Shown piece by piece: positions 27,024-32,000 of a DNA stretch of 32,000 bases (positions are counted from its first letter, which is position 1; each line of letters opens with the position of its first letter). Source of the DNA: Coleofasciculus sp. FACHB-T130. Its GTDB lineage: Bacteria > Cyanobacteriota > Cyanobacteriia > Cyanobacteriales > FACHB-T130. Location of the stretch: NCBI RefSeq assembly GCF_014695375.1, contig NZ_JACJOG010000004.1, positions 1-32,000 on the forward strand, given 5' to 3'. The notes beneath the pieces were generated by a model. That model saw only the letters and a list, made by a program, of their open reading frames with translations. It made no database searches and was not told the DNA's origin. A program made the position numbers and the translations under genes.

Positions 27024-28862
27024 ATGGAACCGCCGATGAGCGTCTCAGAATCTCCAGCGTCTCAAGAACAGCCAGAAAAAATGTATTTGCCCCGTACCAG
27101 CGAATCTGAATCGTTGAAGAAAATCCGTCACACCGCTTCCCACGTTATGGCAATGGCGGTGCAAAAGCTGTTTCCCAAAGCGCAGGTGACTATCGGCCCT
27201 TGGATTGAGAACGGCTTTTACTATGACTTTGATAATCCAGAGCCATTTACCGAAAAAGATTTGAAGTCCATCCAGAAAGAGATGGTCAAAATCATCAATC
27301 GGAAATTGCCGGTGATTCGGGAAGAAGTCAGTCGCGAGGAAGCTGAAGGTCGGATCAAGACAATTAATGAGCCTTACAAGCTAGAAATATTAGAAGACAT
27401 TGAGGAACCAATTACCATCTACCACTTGGGGGATCAATGGTGGGATTTGTGTGCTGGCCCTCATTTGGAAAATACCAGTGAGTTAAATCCGAAGGCAATC
27501 GAACTCGAAAGTGTTGCCGGTGCTTATTGGCGGGGGGATGAAACGAAAGCTCAACTCCAGCGCATTTATGCCACCGCTTGGGAAACGCCAGAACAGCTGG
27601 CTGAATATAAGCGCCGCAAGGAAGAAGCGCTACGCCGAGATCACCGCAAACTCGGCAAAGAACTGGGACTCTTTATTTTCTCAGATCCGGTGGGGCCGGG
27701 ATTACCTCTGTGGACGCCGAAAGGAACGGTGTTGCGAAGTGTTCTGGAAGACTTCCTGAAGCAGGAACAGCTGAAACGCGGATACCAGCAGGTGGTGACG
27801 CCTCACATTGCCAGAGTCGATTTATTCAAAACTTCCGGACATTGGCAGAAATACAAAGAGGATATGTTCCCGCTGATGGCGGAAGATGAGCAGGCGGCGG
27901 CGATAGAACAGGGATTCGTCCTGAAGCCGATGAATTGCCCCTTCCACATCCAAATCTATAAGAGCGAGTTGCGTTCCTATCGGGAACTGCCGATGCGTCT
28001 GGCGGAATTTGGCACCGTCTACCGTTACGAGCAATCTGGGGAACTGGGCGGCTTAACGCGGGTGCGCGGTTTCACGGTGGATGATTCTCACTTATTTGTG
28101 ACGCCAGAACAGCTAGACAGCGAATTCCTGAAAGTGGTGGATTTGATTCTGTCGGTGTTCAAGAGTCTGCAACTGAAAAACTTCAAAGCGCGACTCAGTT
28201 TTCGCGATCCGGCTTCAGATAAGTACATCGGTTCCGATGAAGCTTGGGAGAAGTCTCAAGGAGCGATTCGCCGCGCCGTGGAAACCTTGGGCATGAACTA
28301 CTTTGAAGGCATTGGCGAAGCCGCATTTTATGGCCCGAAACTGGATTTTATCTTCAGCGATGCCTTAGACCGCGAGTGGCAGTTGGGGACTGTCCAAGTG
28401 GATTACAACCTGCCAGAACGGTTTGATTTGGAATATGTGGCGGAGGATGGTTCCCGGAAGCGTCCGGTGATGATTCACCGCGCTCCCTTTGGCTCCTTGG
28501 AACGGCTGATCGGGATCTTGATTGAAGAGTATGCGGGGGATTTCCCGCTGTGGTTAGCGCCAGTCCAAGCGCGATTGCTGACGGTGAGCGATGCCCAGTT
28601 GCCTTTCGCTCAGGAAGTGGCACAGAAGATGCGATCGCTCGGTATTCGCGTGGAAGTCGATACCAGCGGCGATCGCATGGGCAAAATGATTCGCAATGCC
28701 GAAAAGGACAAGATCCCTGTCATGGCGGTGGTAGGGGCGAAAGAGCTGGAATCAAATAGCCTGAGTATTCGCACCCGCGCGGCTGGCGATGTGGGGGTCA
28801 TTCCTGTAGAAGAAGTGTTGGAGAAGATGAAAAACGCGATCGCTAACTTCGACAATTTTTAA
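27024..28862 (+). CDS. thrS: Threonine--tRNA ligase
   Basis: It has the editing-domain motif HTASHVMAMAV, the class II core (MNCPFHIQIY, RVRGFTVDDSHLF, GTVQVDYNLPERF, IHRAPFGSLER) and a C-terminal anticodon-binding domain. Confidence 0.95.
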   Translation: MEPPMSVSESPASQEQPEKMYLPRTSESESLKKIRHTASHVMAMAVQKLFPKAQVTIGPWIENGFYYDFDNPEPFTEKDLKSIQKEMVKIINRKLPVIREEVSREEAEGRIKTINEPYKLEILEDIEEPITIYHLGDQWWDLCAGPHLENTSELNPKAIELESVAGAYWRGDETKAQLQRIYATAWETPEQLAEYKRRKEEALRRDHRKLGKELGLFIFSDPVGPGLPLWTPKGTVLRSVLEDFLKQEQLKRGYQQVVTPHIARVDLFKTSGHWQKYKEDMFPLMAEDEQAAAIEQGFVLKPMNCPFHIQIYKSELRSYRELPMRLAEFGTVYRYEQSGELGGLTRVRGFTVDDSHLFVTPEQLDSEFLKVVDLILSVFKSLQLKNFKARLSFRDPASDKYIGSDEAWEKSQGAIRRAVETLGMNYFEGIGEAAFYGPKLDFIFSDALDREWQLGTVQVDYNLPERFDLEYVAEDGSRKRPVMIHRAPFGSLERLIGILIEEYAGDFPLWLAPVQARLLTVSDAQLPFAQEVAQKMRSLGIRVEVDTSGDRMGKMIRNAEKDKIPVMAVVGAKELESNSLSIRTRAAGDVGVIPVEEVLEKMKNAIANFDNF

Positions 28863-28890
28863 GAAGTTGCCAGTTCATAGTTCATATAGG

Positions 28891-28916
28891 GGCACTCCAA
28901 AAGAGTGCCCTTTTTC
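28891..28916 (+). terminator. Rho-independent terminator of thrS
   Basis: gggcactc-caaaa-gagtgccc followed by ttttt, 29 nt after the thrS stop. Confidence 0.8.
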
Positions 28917-28950
28917 AATTGGGTGCATCTCAATAACAGCAAAAATGCTA

Positions 28951-29026
28951 CCCCAGCCCAGTCTCTCTTTGCTTGCAAAGAGGGGTTAAATCTTTCCCCC
29001 TCTCCGTCCACGGAGAGGGGCTGGGG
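28951..29026. repeat. Nested-hairpin element (outer 8-bp stem enclosing two hairpins)
   Basis: The outer stem pairs ccccagcc (28951-58) with ggctgggg (29019-26). The inner hairpins are ctctttgc-tt-gcaaagag and cccctctccg-tcca-cggagagggg. It looks like a small dispersed cyanobacterial repeat. Confidence 0.6.
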
Positions 29027-29114
29027 GTGAGGTTCCGCCTTTATATTGCACGCTATAAATCCGTTTAATATTGATATTTTTCAGCTTCCCAGTGCCTGCC
29101 GATTCCAACATTTT

Positions 29115-29702
29115 TTAGAGTGCTGGTTTGGGAAATCTAACAAATAGATTGCTAATCCCGATAACAAATACATACAGTACAACCGCACCCGCAAGCGTTA
29201 CCGCAGTGTAGGCAGTTGCTTTATTTTTCGGGCATTTCATCACAATCGGCAATCCCAGATATAGCAGATATACGCTATACAACCCAGCAAGAAATGCGAA
29301 AATCGTGAAACTTGGGATGATACGGAGGATACCGGCTAACCAGGCAGGTGTGTTGGCATAAGCAGCAACTTTAAGAGCTTGTAGCTGATTTTTCTCGGCT
29401 GAAAATTGAGGAGCGAAAGCATTAATAATCAACGACAAGAAAAATACGCTTAATAGTGTTAATAAAAAGCTAACACCTGCATATAAAATAGCTGGCACTA
29501 AGGGCAACCGAGACGTAACGATACTAGAAGTATTGATGCCGATAACTGCCCAACCAACAGCTGCGGCGATTGGAGCGATCGCTGCCAGAGGAGCAATATA
29601 GGTGTTATACAATCTAGCGCTAGAGGTTGTTTCTTTTGCGATCGCTCGCCACTCACTTTTGGGGTGCAACAGGATATTTGGAATGCGCTTAATTAAGTTC
29701 AT
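29115..29702 (-). CDS. Yip1/DUF1282-like integral membrane protein
   Basis: 195 aa with five hydrophobic helices. The N-terminal ILLHPKSEWRAI motif is as in Yip1-domain proteins (from memory). Confidence 0.65.
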   Translation of the reverse strand: MNLIKRIPNILLHPKSEWRAIAKETTSSARLYNTYIAPLAAIAPIAAAVGWAVIGINTSSIVTSRLPLVPAILYAGVSFLLTLLSVFFLSLIINAFAPQFSAEKNQLQALKVAAYANTPAWLAGILRIIPSFTIFAFLAGLYSVYLLYLGLPIVMKCPKNKATAYTAVTLAGAVVLYVFVIGISNLFVRFPKPAL

Positions 29703-30364
29703 TTTTCACTTTGTTTTATTGATTTGATGTAGCAGAACTGATTTTAAGCCCCAATCCAGCTAAACACTATATATCTTCCCAATTATTAGGATTTCACCCT
29801 TTTGTCAGATGCTGCCAGCACAGATATTAGTCAAATCAATATCCATTTAAATATTCCTTTAGTAAGAGGATTTAAGAGGTTGACAAAAGGTATACTCAAA
29901 AGGGTTTTGTCTTAACTCTCTGGCTAGGTAGGATCTAGCTAAGGTGGAGGTGGTAAAAAAGCGATCGCCCTGGTAAAACATCCGAATCATATGGGATTTC
30001 ACGGTTGCGGGGATGTTTTCCTGCTGTCATGAATTTGATGAATGAGGGCAAAAGCACGCGAAGCCTAGAGACGAATCAAAGATTTACCTTCCTGCACGCA
30101 AATAGGGCACGCAAATAGGGTGCCGGTAGTAGCGATTGGTGAATTTTGACTGTACCGCAAAAGGCGCGGCAACTTGTGTGAAGGCAATTTGTGTCAAATA
30201 AATCCCGTTGCGAGGCGGCGATGTGATACCGAATACAGTTCTGGCGGGAATCCTAAGTGAAGGAGCAACTGCTTTTCGCAAAATCTATTTGGTAATAGAG
30301 GAATTGCAAATGCAAGTATGCGATCGCCCACTGCAATACACCGCAATAATACACAGGTTGACCC

Positions 30365-32000
30365 ATGCCAACAAAGGGATTGCTTAGCTTAGAATCTGTC
30401 ATCGATCGTCGTCCTCTGACTGTATCGGCTGACACCCCACTGATGGACGCGATCGCCATGATGGGCAAAGCGAAAAGCAGTTGCGTACTTCCTAGTTTGA
30501 AGATACCCCCAGAAGCAGTGCTAATGAGCGAGGCACGAGCTAGCGCTGTCTTTGTAGTAGAAGGGTTGCAGTTAATCGGAGTGTTTACCCACACAGATGC
30601 TATCCAGGTAATCGCCTCAGGAATCAATTTAGCAGAAGTCAAGATTGCCTCGGTGATGACGCAGCCGAGCATCGCTCTGACTGAATCTGACACAGAGAAT
30701 ATTTTCACAGCATTGTCAATCCTGCGCCAGCATCAAATTCGCCACCTACCTGTTATAGACGCGCAAAGGCAAGTGGTGGGCACTATCACCCTCGAAAGTA
30801 TTCGCCAAGCACTGCCCCTCGATGAGCTAATCAAATCGCAGCCTTTGACAGAAGTGATGACTGCCCCAGTTATTCAAGCACCGGCGACGGCTTCGGCGCT
30901 GAGCTTAGCTCAATTAATGGCAGAACACCAGGTCAATTGTGTTGTGCTTACAGAAGAAAGTTCCGAGTCGAGTTCTATTGAAAACTCAAAACTTCAACCC
31001 GATCCCTTGAGCGAAGCAAAGGTTCAACACTCAAAACTTCCTACGCATCGCTACACTAACAAAACTCAAAACGTGCGACCTACCGCTACGCTAACAACCC
31101 TCCTGAAGCCAGTAGGGATTGTCACCGAACGGGACATCATCGATCTTCAGGCTCTCAGCCTGGATTTATCGCAGATACAGGCGTTTAGGGTAATGAGGGC
31201 ATCCGTGTTGTCTTTAAGCCCCTCAGATTCAGTGTTAGTTGCCCTTTGGGAAATGCAGCAGCACCAGGTGCAGCGAGTTGTGGTGTCGGAGAATCCCAGG
31301 GAGCTGTTAGGTATTGTTACCCAAACCAGTTTTTTGCAAACGCTCGATCTCACACAAATATCTACAGCAGTAGAGCAATTGCAGCAATCGATCGAGCAGT
31401 TTGAAGCCGAATCCTCTCTCCCCCCGCCCAATGAAACCCTAGAACCTCAAGGACAGGAAAGCCCAGCGGAACTCTTGGAACAGCTTGAGCGCAATCGCCT
31501 GTTAACCACAATTGCCCTTCGCATTCATCAATCACTCAATTTGGACGAAATTCTGAACACCGCCGTCGCTGAAGTGCGGCAATTTCTCCAAACTGACCGC
31601 GTGATTATCTACCGTTTTAATCCAGATATGAGTGGCACTGTCGTTGTCGAATCGGTTGCTGAGGGCTGGCAACCTGCTCTAAGTAGCACAATTCACGACA
31701 ATTGCTTTGGGAAGAATTATGCCCAAGCCTACAAAAAAGGGCGTATTCAAGTCACAGCAGATATTTATACCACCGGGTTAACCCAATGTCACATCGATAT
31801 CCTGGCTTTGTATGATATCCGAGCGAGTCTCGTGGTTCCGATTCTGCAAGGAGAACATTTGTGGGGTCTGCTGTGCGCCTATCACTGTTCGGGACCCAGG
31901 CGGTGGCGGGAGTTTGAGATTGATTTGCTCAAACAATTGTCAACGCAAGTAGCGATCGCAATTCAGCAGTCTGAACTTTATCAGCAGGTACAAGCTGAAC
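30365..32000 (+). CDS. Multidomain signalling protein, 5' part (two CBS pairs + GAF; continues beyond the window)
   Basis: I translated the frame from the ATG at 30365 to the window end by hand and found no stop codon. It is absent from the ORF track, presumably because it has no stop. The CBS motifs are LIGVFTHTDAI, VVGTITLESI, PVGIVTERDI and LLGIVTQTSFL. The GAF domain shows LLTTIALRIHQSLNLDEILNTAVAEVRQFLQTDRVIIYRF...ASLVVPIL...LWGLL. Confidence 0.85.
   Translation, partial: MPTKGLLSLESVIDRRPLTVSADTPLMDAIAMMGKAKSSCVLPSLKIPPEAVLMSEARASAVFVVEGLQLIGVFTHTDAIQVIASGINLAEVKIASVMTQPSIALTESDTENIFTALSILRQHQIRHLPVIDAQRQVVGTITLESIRQALPLDELIKSQPLTEVMTAPVIQAPATASALSLAQLMAEHQVNCVVLTEESSESSSIENSKLQPDPLSEAKVQHSKLPTHRYTNKTQNVRPTATLTTLLKPVGIVTERDIIDLQALSLDLSQIQAFRVMRASVLSLSPSDSVLVALWEMQQHQVQRVVVSENPRELLGIVTQTSFLQTLDLTQISTAVEQLQQSIEQFEAESSLPPPNETLEPQGQESPAELLEQLERNRLLTTIALRIHQSLNLDEILNTAVAEVRQFLQTDRVIIYRFNPDMSGTVVVESVAEGWQPALSSTIHDNCFGKNYAQAYKKGRIQVTADIYTTGLTQCHIDILALYDIRASLVVPILQGEHLWGLLCAYHCSGPRRWREFEIDLLKQLSTQVAIAIQQSELYQQVQAE

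Noticed and set aside
30253-30708. 151-aa minus-strand ORF
   Set aside because: It is antisense to the long CBS-GAF frame, which has clear domain motifs. It is a shadow ORF.

Overview
This looks like a cyanobacterial chromosomal window. The evidence is a very frequent HIP1 octamer (GCGATCGC), STRR-like heptamer tandem repeats, a GH100 invertase and cyanobacteria-type small proteins. A filamentous or Nostocales-like strain is my inference only. About 30 protein genes are supportable.

The right two thirds (12.7-32 kb) is mostly housekeeping and metabolic. It holds an orphan C5-cytosine DNA methyltransferase, a cysteine-free rhodanese-like protein, mutL, an NhaP-type antiporter and a cytochrome P450. 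It also holds a GT4 / GH100 invertase / GDE-like glucosidase sugar cluster, thrS, a Yip1-like membrane protein and the 5' part of a CBS-GAF signalling protein.

The left third (0-12.6 kb) looks accessory.
- It starts with a truncated histidine kinase and an OmpR-type regulator.
- Next is a minus-strand gene set: a minimal E1-like (ThiF) adenylyltransferase, an Arg/Gln-rich unknown protein, and a lid-less AAA+ ATPase. The ATPase is translationally coupled (TAATG) to a canonical Tpt1/KptA RNA 2'-phosphotransferase, which follows an unknown 183-aa protein with a NADAR-like motif pattern.
- Then comes a repeat-scarred mosaic segment with a ComFB-like gene, a DUF4262-like gene and gene remnants.
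- It ends with a Ro60/Rsr (TROVE+vWA) gene preceded by a circularly permuted tRNA-like element that fits bacterial Y RNA (YrlA), and followed by a truncated RNA-ligase-type N-terminal module.

Together this reads as an RNA-damage/RNA-repair or nucleic-acid ADP-ribosylation island. I know of no described function for the Tpt1-AAA+-E1-like part, so it is my best candidate for a new system. All family calls come from motif recognition by eye; no database search or computation was possible.
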